Positions 1 through 11,106 of a stretch of 64,000 nt of DNA are shown here, piece by piece. The first letter of the stretch is position 1. Each line of letters opens with the position of its first letter. The notes beneath the pieces are model-generated. The model ran no database searches. It was given only the letters and a program-made list of their open reading frames with translations, and was not told where the DNA came from. Source of the DNA: the human T2T-CHM13v2.0 reference genome, Homo sapiens. Made by a program: the position numbers and the translations under genes. The stretch is taken from the NCBI RefSeq assembly GCF_009914755.1, contig NC_060948.1. The stretch is one strand, 5' to 3'.

Positions 1-557
1 GAAAGGAATGGAATGAAATGGAATGGAAAGGATTCGAATGGAATGCAATCGAATGGAATGGAATCGAACGGAATGGAATAAAATGGAAGAAAACTGGCAA
101 GAAATGGAATCGAAATGAATGGAGTGTTATGGAACGGACTCAAAAGGAATTGAATGTAATAGAATGGAGTGGAGTGGACTCGAATATAATGGACTGGAAT
201 GGAATGAAATCACATGGAATGGGAACGAATGGAATGGAATGGAAAGGAATGGAATCGAATGGAAAGGAATCGAATGGAAGGGAATGAAATTGAATCAACA
301 GGAATGGAAGGGAGTAGAATAGACGGTAATGGAATGGACTCGAATAGAATGGACACGAATGCTCAAATTGAATGCACTCGAATGGAATGGAAACGAAAGG
401 AATGTCATCGAATGGAATTGAATCGATTGGAATGAAATCGCATAGAATGGAGTGGAATCAAATGGAATTGAATCGAAAGGAAAGGAAGCGAATGGACTGA
501 AATGAAATGGAATGGAATTGAATGGAAAGTAATGCAATGGAATAGAATGGAACGAAA
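1..557 (+). repeat. Partial unit U0 (C-type tail)
   Basis: Single copy of the GGAATGCAATCGAAT 15-mer, and ATCGCA at ~437, as in the U3 and U14 tails. Units here are delimited at the TTTCACGG motif. Confidence 0.7.
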
Positions 558-1351
558 TTTCACGGAATGGAATCAAACTGAATGGAATCAAATCAATGGA
601 ATATAATCAAATGGAATGGAAAGGAATTGAATGGAGTAGATTGGATTGGATGGGATTGGAATGAAATGTACTGGAAAGGACTCGAAATTCATGAAACGGA
701 ATGGAATGAACTGGAACGGAATGGACTCGAATGGAATGGAATGTCATGGAATGGCATCAAATGGAATGGAATCGAATGCGATGGAATGCTATGGAATGGA
801 ATGGAATGCATTGGAATGGAATGTCCTCTAATGGAATGTATTCGAGTGGAATGGAATCGAATATAATGGAGTCTAATGAAATGGAATTGAAAGGAATGGG
901 ACCGAATACAATGGAATAAACTGGTATGTAATGTAATGAACTCGAATGTAATTGACTGGAATGGAATGTACATGAATGGAATGTAATCGAATGGAAAGCA
1001 ATCCAATGGAATAGAATCTAATGCAATAAAATCGACTCAAATAGAGTAGAATGTAATGGAATGGAGTGCAGTGCAATGGAATGGAATGGAATGCAACGGA
1101 ATGGAATGGAATGGAATGGAATGGGATGGAATGGTATGGAATGGATAGTAATGGACTGGAGTGAAATGGACTGGAAAAGAATGGACTCAAATTGAAAGGG
1201 CTCGAAAGGAATGGAGTCAAATGGAATGGTCTGGAATGGAATGAACACGAATGTAATGCAATCCAATAGAATGGAATCGAATGGCATGGAATATAAAGAA
1301 ATGGAATCGAAGAGAATGGAAACAAATGGAATGGAATTGAATGGAATGGAA

Positions 1352-1505
1352 TTGAATGGAATGGGAACGAATGGAGTGAAATTGTATGCAGTAGAAGAGA
1401 ATAGAATGGAATGCAAGCGAAAGGAAAGGAATGGATTGGAATGGAATGGAATTCATTGGAATGGAAGGGAATGTAGTGTAATGGACAGGCCTGGAATAAA
1501 GTGGA
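1352..1505. other. DYZ1 sexing-PCR target (Y1.2/Y1.1 primer sites, 154 bp), repeated once per unit
   Basis: TTGAATGGAATGGGAACGAATGG at 1352-1374 and GGACAGGCCTGGAATAAAGTGGA (reverse complement TCCACTTTATTCCAGGCCTGTCC) at 1483-1505, with an internal EcoRI site at 1449. Primer identity is from memory. Confidence 0.85.
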
Positions 1506-1862
1506 ATGCTACGGTCTCGAATGGAATAAAAATGTATGGAATGGAATGCAATGAAACGGAATCGAATGTCATAGAATGTAATGGAATGCAAAAAAATGGA
1601 CTCCAAAATCATTGACTGGAAAGGCTGGGTGTCGAAAGGAATTGACTCCAATGGAATGGAATCGAATGGAATGGAAGTGAATAGAATCGAACTAAATCGA
1701 ATGGAATGGAATTGATAGGAACGGAATGGAAAGGAATGCAATGATTTGGCATGGAATGGAATCGAAAGGCATCGAATGGAATGGAATGGAATGCAATGGA
1801 ATGGAATGTATTAGAATGTAATGAACATTAATGGAAAGTACTCGAATGGATTCGACTGGAAT

Positions 1863-1877
1863 GGAATGTTCTGGAAG
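1863..1877. promoter_or_regulatory. Perfect heat-shock element HSE-1 (nGAAnnTTCnnGAAn), present in every unit
   Basis: gGAAtgTTCtgGAAg (A types) or gGAAtgTTCtcGAAg (others). This is a motif match only; binding is not shown here. Confidence 0.6.
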
Positions 1878-2117
1878 TGAATGGACTCCAATGGAATGGA
1901 TTCGAAAGGAATGGAATCGAACGGAATGGAATTAAACGGAAATGAATCAAATAGAATAGAACGGAATTGAATTGAATGGAATCGAATGCAATGGAATCTA
2001 ATGAAACGGAAAGGAATGGAATGGAATGGGCTGGAATGGAATGGAATCGAAACGAATGGAATGGAATCGAACTGAAGAGACTGGAATGGAATGCACTGGA
2101 ATGGAAGGGAATGTAAT

Positions 2118-2132
2118 GGAAGGTTCTCGAAA
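2118..2132. promoter_or_regulatory. Perfect heat-shock element HSE-2, present in all units except type C
   Basis: gGAAggTTCtcGAAa; motif match only. Confidence 0.6.
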
Positions 2133-3138
2133 AAAATGGAATCGAAAGGAATGGAATTGAATGGAACGGAATAGAGTCGAATGGAATTCAATGGAATGGA
2201 ATGGACTAGAGTGAAATGGAATCGAACCACAAGGAATGGACAGGAATAGAATGGTCTCGAATTGAATGGAATCGTATGGAATGGCATCAAACGGAATGGA
2301 ATGGACGGCCACGGAATGGAATGCACTCGAATGCAATGGAGTCGAAACTAATGGACTGGAATAGAATGGACTCGACTGGTACGGACTCCAATGGAATGGA
2401 ATCGAATGGAAGGGAATCGAACGGAATGGACTCGAAGGGAAAAGACTGCAATGGAAAGGTCTCGAATGGAATGGAAATTAATGGAATGGAATGGAATCGA
2501 ATGAAATGGAGTCAAAAGGAATGGAATCGAATGGCAAGAAATCGAATGTAATGGAATCGCAAGGAATTGATGTGAACGGAACGGAATGGAATGGAATCCA
2601 AAGGAATGGAATAGAATGGAATGGAATCGAATGGAAAGGACTCGAATGGAAATCACTCGAATAGAATGCAATTTAATAAAATAGGATCAAATGTAATGGA
2701 ATGGAATGGAAAGGAATCGAAACGAAAGGAATGGAGACAGATGGAATGGAATGGAACAGAGAGCAATGGTATAGAATGGAATGGAATCATCTGGAATGGA
2801 ATTGAATGGAATGGAATAATATGAAATGGAATGGAATGGAATGGAATGCCCTTGAATTAAATGGACTGGAATGGAATGGACTCGAACAGAGTGGAATGGA
2901 AAGTGTTGAAATAGAATGGAATGGACTCGTTTGGAATGGTCTAGTATGCAATGCAATCGACTGGCAGGGAATCAAAAGGAATGTAATCGAATGGATTGGA
3001 CTGGAATGCAATGGACTCGAATAGATTGGAAACGGAAAGCAAAGGAATGGAATGGAATAGTATGGAATGGAATGCAAAGGAATGGAGTGGAATAGACTAG
3101 AGTGGAATGGAATGGACTCGAAAGCAATGGACTGGAAT

Positions 3139-3153
3139 GGAACTTTCTTGAAT
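3139..3153. promoter_or_regulatory. Perfect heat-shock element HSE-3, present in every unit
   Basis: gGAActTTCttGAAt; motif match only. Confidence 0.6.
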
Positions 3154-4070
3154 GGACTGGAATCAAACGGAATGGAATGCAATGCAATCAAATGGCATGG
3201 AATAAAATAGAATGAAAGAGAATCAAATGGAATTGAATCGAATGGAATCGAATGGATTGGAAAGGAATAGAATGGAATGGAATGGAATTGACTCAAATGG
3301 AATGGACTAGAATGGAATGGATTCGAATGGAAGGCAAAGGAATGGAATCTATTGGAATGGACTGTAATGGAATGGAATGGAAGGGATTGTAATGGACTCG
3401 AATGGAATGGACTGCAGTAGAAAGGATTCGAATGGAATGAAAAAGAATTGAATGGAATAGAACAGAATGGAATCAAATCGAATGAAATGGAATGGAATAG
3501 AAAGGAATGGAATGAAATGGAATGGAAAGGATTCGAATGGAATGCAATCGAATGGAATGAAATCGAATGGAATGGAATCGAACGGAATGGAATAAAATGG
3601 AAGAAAACTGGCAAGAAATGGAATCGAAATGAATGGAGTGTTACGGAACGGACTCAAAAGGAATTGAATGTAATAGAATGGAGTGGAGTGGACTCGAATA
3701 TAATGGACTAGAATGGAATGAAATCACATGGAATGGGAACGAATGGAATGGAATGGAAAGGAATGGAATCGAATGGAAAGGAATCGAATGGAAGGGAATG
3801 AAATTGAATCAACAGGAATGGAAGGGAGTAGAATAGACGGTAATGGAATGGACTCGAATAGAATGGACACGAATGCTCAAATTGAATGGACTCGAATGGA
3901 ATGGCAACGAAAGGAATGTCATCGAATGGAATTGAATCGTTGGAATGAAATCACATAGAATGGAGTGGAATCAAATGGAATTGAATCGAAAGGAAAAGAA
4001 GCGAATTGACTGAAATGAAATGGAATGGAATTGAATGGAAAGTAATGCAACGGAATAGAATGGAATGAAA

Positions 4071-7000
4071 TTTCACGGAATGGAATCAAACTGAATGGAA
4101 TCAAATCAATGGAATATAATCAAATGGAATGGAAAGGAATTGAATGGAGTAGATTGTATTGGATGGGATTGGAATGAAATGTACTGGAAAGGACTCGAAT
4201 TTCATGAAACGGAATGGAATGTATTAGAACGGAATGGACTCGAATGGAATTGAATGTCACGGAATGGCATCAAATGGAATGGCATCAATTGGAATGGAAT
4301 CGAATGCAATGGAATGCTATGGAATGGAATGGAATGCATTGGAATGGAATGTCCTCTAATGGAATGGATTCGAGTGGAATGGAATCGAATATAATGGAGT
4401 CTAATGAAATGGAATTGAAAGGAATGGGATCCAATACAATGGAATATACTGGAATGTAATGTAATGAACTCGAATGTAATTGACTGGAATGGAATGTACA
4501 TGAGTGGAATGTAATCGAATGGAAAGTAATCCAATGGAATAGAATCTAATGCAATAAAATCGACTCAAATAGAGTAGAATGTAATGGAATGGAGTGCAGT
4601 GCAATGGAATGGAATGGAATGGGATGGAATGGTATGGAATGGATAGTAATGGACTGGAGTGAAATGGACTGGAAAATAATGGACTCAAATTGAAAGGGCT
4701 CGAAAGGAATGGAGTCAAATGGAATGGTCTGGAATGGAATGAACACGAATGTAATGCAATCCAATAGAATGGAATCGAATGGCATGGAATATAAAGAAAT
4801 GGAATCGAAGAGAATGGAAACAAATGGAATGGAATTGAATGGAATGGAATTGAATGGAATGGGAACGAATGGAGTGAAATTGTATGCAGTAGAAGAGAAT
4901 AGAATGGAATGCAAGCGAAAGGAAAGGAATGGATTGGAATGGAATGGAATTCATTGGAATGGAAGGGAATGTAGTGTAATGGACAGGCCTGTAATAAAGT
5001 GGAATGCTACGGTCTCGAATGGAATAAAAATGTATGGAATGGAATGCAATGAAACGGAATCGAATGTCATAGAAGTAATGGAATGCAAAAAAATGGACTC
5101 CAAAATCATTGACTGGAAAGGCTGGGTGTCGAAAGGAATTTACTCCAATGGAATGGAATCGAATGGAATGGAAGTGAATAGAATCGAACTAAATCGAATG
5201 GAATGGAATTGATAGGAACGGAATGGAAAGGAATGCAATGATTTCGCATGGAATGGAATCGAATGGCATCGAATGGAATGGAATGGAATGCAATGGAATG
5301 GAATGTATTAAAATGTAATGAACTTTAATGGAATGTACTCGAATGGATTCGACTGGAATGGAATGTTCTCGAAGTGAATGGACTCCAATGGAATGGATTC
5401 GAAAGGAATGGAATCTAATGGAATGGAATTAAATGGAAATGAATCAAATTGAATAGAACGGAATTGAATTGAATGGAATCGAATGCAATGGAATCTAATG
5501 AAACGGAAAGGAAAGGAATGGAATGGAATGGAATGGAATGGGCTGGAATGGAATGGAATCGAAACGAATGGAATGGAATCGAACTGAAGAGACTGGAATG
5601 GAATACACTGGAATGGAAGGGAATGTAATGGAAGGTTCTCGAAAAAATGTAATTGAAAGGAATGGAATTGAGTGGAACGGAATAGAGTCGAATGGAATTC
5701 AATGGAATGGAATGGACTAGAGTGAAATGGAATCGAACCACAAGGAATGGACAGGAATAGAATGGTCTCGAATTGAATGGAATCGTATGGAATGGCATCA
5801 AACGGAATGGAATGGACAGCCACGGAATGGAATGCACTCGAATGCAATGGAGTCGAAACTAATGGACTGGAATAGAATGGACTCGACTGGTACGGACTCC
5901 AATGGAATGGAATCGAATGGAAGGGAATCGAACGGAATGGACTCGAAGGGAAAAGACTGCAATGGAAAGGTCTCGAATGGAATGGAAATTAATGGAATGG
6001 AATGGAATCGAATGAAATGGAGTCAAAAGGAATGGAATCGAATGGCAAGAAATCGGATGTAATGGAATCGCAAGGAATTGATGTGAACGGAACGGAATGG
6101 AATGGAATCCAAAGGAATGGAATAGAATGGAATGGAATCGAATGGAAAGGACTCGAATGGAAATCACTCGAATAGAATGCAATTTAATAAAATAGGATCA
6201 AATGTAATGGAATGGAATGGAAAGGAATCGAAACGAAAGGAATGGAGACAGATGGAATGGAATGGAACAGAGAGCAATGGTATAGAATGGAATGGAATCA
6301 TCTGGAATGGAATTGAATGGAATGGAATAACATGAAATGGACTGGAATGGAATGGAATGCCCTTGAATTAAATGGACTGGAATGGAATGGACTCGAACAG
6401 AGTGGAATGGAAAGTGTTGAAATAGAATGGAATGGACTCGTTTGGAATGGTCTAGTATGCAATGCAATCGACTGGCAGGGAATCAAAAGGAATGTAATCG
6501 AATGGATTGGACTGGAATGCAATGGACTCGAATAGATTGGAAACGGAATGCAAAGGAATGGAATGGAATAGTATGGAATGGAATGGAAAGGAATGGAGTG
6601 GAATAGACTAGAGTGGAATGGAATGGACTCGAAAGCAATGGACTGGAATGGAACTTTCTTGAATGGACTGGAATCAAACGGAATGGAATGTAATGCAATC
6701 AAATGGCATGGAATAAAATAGAATGAAAGAGAATCAAATGGAATTGAATCGAATGGAATCGAATGGATTGGAAAGGAATAGAATGGAATGGAATGGAATT
6801 GACTCAAATGGAATGGACTAGAATGGAATGGATTCGAATGGAAGGCAAAGGAATGGAATCTATTGGAATGGACTGTAATGGAATGGAATGGAAGGGATTG
6901 GAATGGACTCGAATGGAATGGACTGCAATAGAAAGGATTCGAATGGAATGAAAAAGAATTGAATGGAATAGAACAGAATGGAATCAAATCGAATGAAATG

Positions 7001-7567
7001 GAATGGAATAGAAAGGAATGGAATGAAATGGAATGGAAAGGATTCGAATGGAATGCAATCGAATGGACTGGAATCGAACGGAATGGAATAAAATGGAAGA
7101 AAACTGGCAAGAAATGGAATCGAAATGAATGGAGTGTTATGGAACGGACTCAAAAGGAATTGAATGTAATAGAATGGAGTGGAGTGGACTCCAATATAAT
7201 AGACTGGAATGAAATGAAATCACATGGAATGGGAACGAATGGAATGGAATGGAAAGGAATGGAATCGAATGGAAAGGAATCGAATGGAAGGGAATGAAAT
7301 TGAATCAACAGGAATGGAAAGGAGTAGAATAGACGGTAATGGAATGGGCTCGAATAGAATGGACACGAATGCTCAAATTAAATGGACTCGAATGGAATGG
7401 AAACGAAAGGAATGTCATCGAATGGAATTGAATCGATTGGAATGAAATCACATAGAATGGAGTGGAATCAAATGGAATTGAATCGAAAGGAAAGGAAGCG
7501 AATGGACTGAAATGAAATGGAATGGAATTGAATGGAAATTAATGCAATGGAATAGAATGGAAAGAAA
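4071..7567 (+). repeat. DYZ1 unit U2, type B (3497 bp)
   Basis: AGATTGTATT, BamHI at 4427, extra GGCATCAATTGGAAT 15-mer, 30-bp shorter pentamer tract, two 1-bp deletions (AGAAGTAATG, GAAAAAATGT). Confidence 0.9.
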
Positions 7568-10500
7568 TTTCACGGAATGGAATCAAACTGAATGGAATCA
7601 AATCAATGGAATATAATCAAATGGAATGGAAAGGAATTGAATGGAGTAGATTGGATTGGATGGGATTGGAATGAAATGTACTGGAAAGGACTCGAATTTC
7701 ATGAAACGGAATGGAATGAATTAGAACGGAATGGACTCGAATGGAATGGAATATCACGGAATGGCATCAAATGGAATGGCATCAATTGGAATGGAATCGA
7801 ATGCAATGGAATGCTATGGAATGGAATGGAATGCATTGGAATGGAATGTCCTCTAATGGAATGGATTCGAGTGGAATGGAATCGAATATAATGGAGTCTA
7901 ATGAAATGGAATTGAAAGGAATGGGATCCAATACAATGGAATATACTGGAATGTAATGTAATGAACTCGAATGTAATTGACTGGAATGGAATGTACATGA
8001 ATGGAATGTAATCGAATGGAAAGTAATCCAATGGAATAGAATCTAATGCAATAAAATCGACTCAAGTAGAGTAGAATATAATGGAATGGAGTGCAGTGCA
8101 ATGGAATGGAATGGAATGGAATGCAATGGAATGGAATGGAATGGAATGGAATGGAATGTGATGGAATGGTATGGAATGGATAGTAATGGACTGGAGTGAA
8201 ATGGACTGGAAAGGAATGGACTCAAATTGAAAGGGCTCGAAAGGAATGGAGTCAAATGGAATGGTCTGGAATGGAATGAACACGAATGTAATGCAATCCA
8301 ATAGAATGGAATCGAATGGCATGGAATATAAAGAAATGGAATCGAAGAGAATGGAAACAAATGGAATGGAATTGAATGGAATGGAATTGAATGGAATGGG
8401 AACGAATGGAGTGAAATTGTATGCAGTAGAAGAGAATAGAATGGAATGCAAGCGAAAGGAAAGGAATGGATTGGAATGGAATGGAATTCATTGGAATGGA
8501 AGGGAATGTAGTGTAATGGACAGGCCTGGAATAAAGTGGAATGCTACGGTCTCGAATGGAATAAAAATGTATGGAATGGAATGCAATGAAACGGAATCGA
8601 ATGTCATAGAATGTAATGGAATGCAAAAAAATGGAATCCAAAATCATTGACTGGAAAGGCTGGGTGTCGAAAGGAATTGACTCCAATGGAATGGAATCGA
8701 ATGGCATGGAAGTGAATAGAATGGAACTAAATCGAATGGAATGGAATTGATAGGAACGGAATGGAAAGGAATGCAATGATTTGGCATGGAATGGAATCGA
8801 ATGGCATCGAATGGAATGGAATGGAATGCAATGGAATGGAATGTATTAGAATGTAATGAACTTTAATGGAATGTACTCGAATGGATTCGACTGGAATGGA
8901 ATGTTCTCGAAGTGAATGGACTCCAATGGAATGGATTCGAAAGGAATGGAATCTAATGGAATGGAATTAAATGGAAATGAATCAAATTGAATAGAACGGA
9001 ATTGAATTGAATGGAATCGAATGCAATGGAATCTAAAGAAAAGGAAAGGAAAGGAATGGAATGGATTGGAATGGAATGGGCTGGAATGGAATGGAATCGA
9101 AACGAATGGAATGGAATCGAACTGAAGAGACTGGAATGGAATGCACTGGAATGGAAGGGAATGTAATGGAAGGTTCTCAAGAAAAATGGAATCGAAAGGA
9201 ATGGAATTGAATGGAACGGAATAGAGTCGAATGGAATTCAATGGAATGGAATGGACTAGAGTGAAATGGAATCGAACCACAAGGAATGGACAGGAATAGA
9301 ATGGTCTCGAATTGAATGGAATCGTATGGAATGGCATCAAACGGAATGGAATGGACAGCCACGGAATGGAATGCACTCGAATGCAATGGAGTCGACACTA
9401 ACGGAGTGGAATAGAATGGACTCGACTGGTACGGACTCCAATGGAATGGAATCGAATGGAAGGGTATCGAACGGAATGGACTCGAAGGGAAAAGACTGCA
9501 ATGGAAAGGTCTCGAATGGAATGGAAATTAATGGAATGGAATGGAATCGAATGAAATGGAGTCAAAAGGAATGGAATCGAATGGCAAGAAATCGAATGTA
9601 ATGGAATCGCAAGGAATTGAAGTGAACGGAACGGAATGCAATGGAATCCAAAGGAATGGAATAGAATGGAATGGAATCGAATGGAAAGGACTCGAATGGA
9701 AATCACTCGAATAGAATGCAATTTAATAAAATAGGATCAAATGTAATGGAATGGAATGGAAAGGAATCGAAACGAAAGGAATGGAGACAGATGGAATGGA
9801 ATGGAACAGAGAGCAATGGTATAGAATGGAATGGAATCATCTGGAATGGAATTGAATGGAATGGAATAATATGAAATGGAATGGAATGGAATGGAATGCC
9901 CTTGAATTAAATGGACTGGAATGGAATGGACTCGAACAGAGTGGAATGGAAAGTGTTGAAATAGAATGGAATGGACTCGTTTGGAATGGTCTAGTATGCA
10001 ATGCAATCGACTGGCAGGGAATCAAAAGGAATGTAATCGAATGGATTGGACTGGAATGCAATGGACTCGAATAGATTGGAAACGGAAAGCAAAGGAATGG
10101 AATGGAATAGTATGGAATGGAATGGAAAGGAATGGAGTGGAATAGACTAGAGTGGAATGGAATGGACTGGAAAGCAATGGACTGGAAAGGAACTTTCTTG
10201 AATGGACTGGAATCAAACGGAATGGAATGCAATGCAATCAAATGGCATGGAATAAAATAGAATGAAAGAGAATCAAATGGAATTGAATCGAATGGAATCG
10301 AATGGATTGGATAGGAATAGAATGGAATGGAACGGAATTGACTCAAATGGAATGGACTAGAATGGAATGGATTCGAATGGAAGGCAAATGAATGGAATCT
10401 ATTGGAATGGACTGTAATGGAATGGAATGGAAGGGATTGGAATGGACTCGAATGGAATGGACTGCAATAGAAAGGATTCGAATGGAATGAAAAAGAATTG

Positions 10501-11106
10501 AATGGAATAGAACAGAATGGAATCAAATCGAATGAAATGGAATGGAATAGAAAGGAATGGAATGAAATGGAATGGAAAGGATTCGAATGGAATGCAATCG
10601 AATGGAATGGAATCGAACGGAATGGAATAAAATGGAAGAAAACTGGCAAGAAATGGAATCGAAATGAATGGAGTGTTATGGAACGGACTCAAAAGGAATT
10701 GAATGTAATAGAATGGAGTGGAGTGGACTCGAATATAATGGACTGGAATGGAATGAAATCACATGGAATGGGAACGAATGGAATGGAATGGAAAGGAATG
10801 GAATCGAATGGAAAGGAATCGAACGGAAGGGAATGAAATTGAATCAACAGGAATGGAAGGGAGTAGAATAGACGGTAATGGAATGGACTCGAATAGAATG
10901 GACACGAATGCTCAAATTGAATGGACTCGAATGGAATGGAAACGAAAGGAATGTCATCGAATGGAATTGAATCGATTGGAATGAAATCGCAAAGAATGGA
11001 GTGGAATCAAATGGAATTGAATCGAAAGGAAAGGAAGCGAATGGACTGAAATGAAATGGAATGGAATTGAATGGAAAGTAATGCAATGGAATAGAATGCA
11101 ACGAAA
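7568..11106 (+). repeat. DYZ1 unit U3, type C (3539 bp)
   Basis: BamHI at 7924, CTCAAGTAGA, TTCTCAAGAAAAA, ACTAACGGAGTGG, AGGGTATCG. Confidence 0.9.

Larger units (their letters stand above)
558..4070 (+). repeat. DYZ1 unit U1, type A (3513 bp)
   Basis: AACATTAATGGAAAGTA, GTTCTGG, GACGGCC (extra HaeIII at 2307), GTTACGG, 1-bp deletion GAATCGTTGG; CTGGTATG at 921 is shared only with U12. Confidence 0.9.

Noticed and set aside
552-716. Further HSE-like (GAAATTTCACGGA, GAAATTCATGAA) and DUX4-like (AGATTGGATTG) motifs
   Set aside because: Imperfect spacing or mismatches; expected by chance in this background.
1449-1492. Short palindromes (GAATTC, AGGCCT, TTCGAA, abundant TCGA)
   Set aside because: They are only 4-6 bp, with no extended inverted repeats supporting hairpins, terminators or transposon ends.
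2670-2685. AATAAA poly(A)-like signals (e.g. ATTTAATAAAATA), several per unit
   Set aside because: They arise easily from GAATGGAAT by G>A changes, and there is no downstream element or transcript evidence in the sequence.
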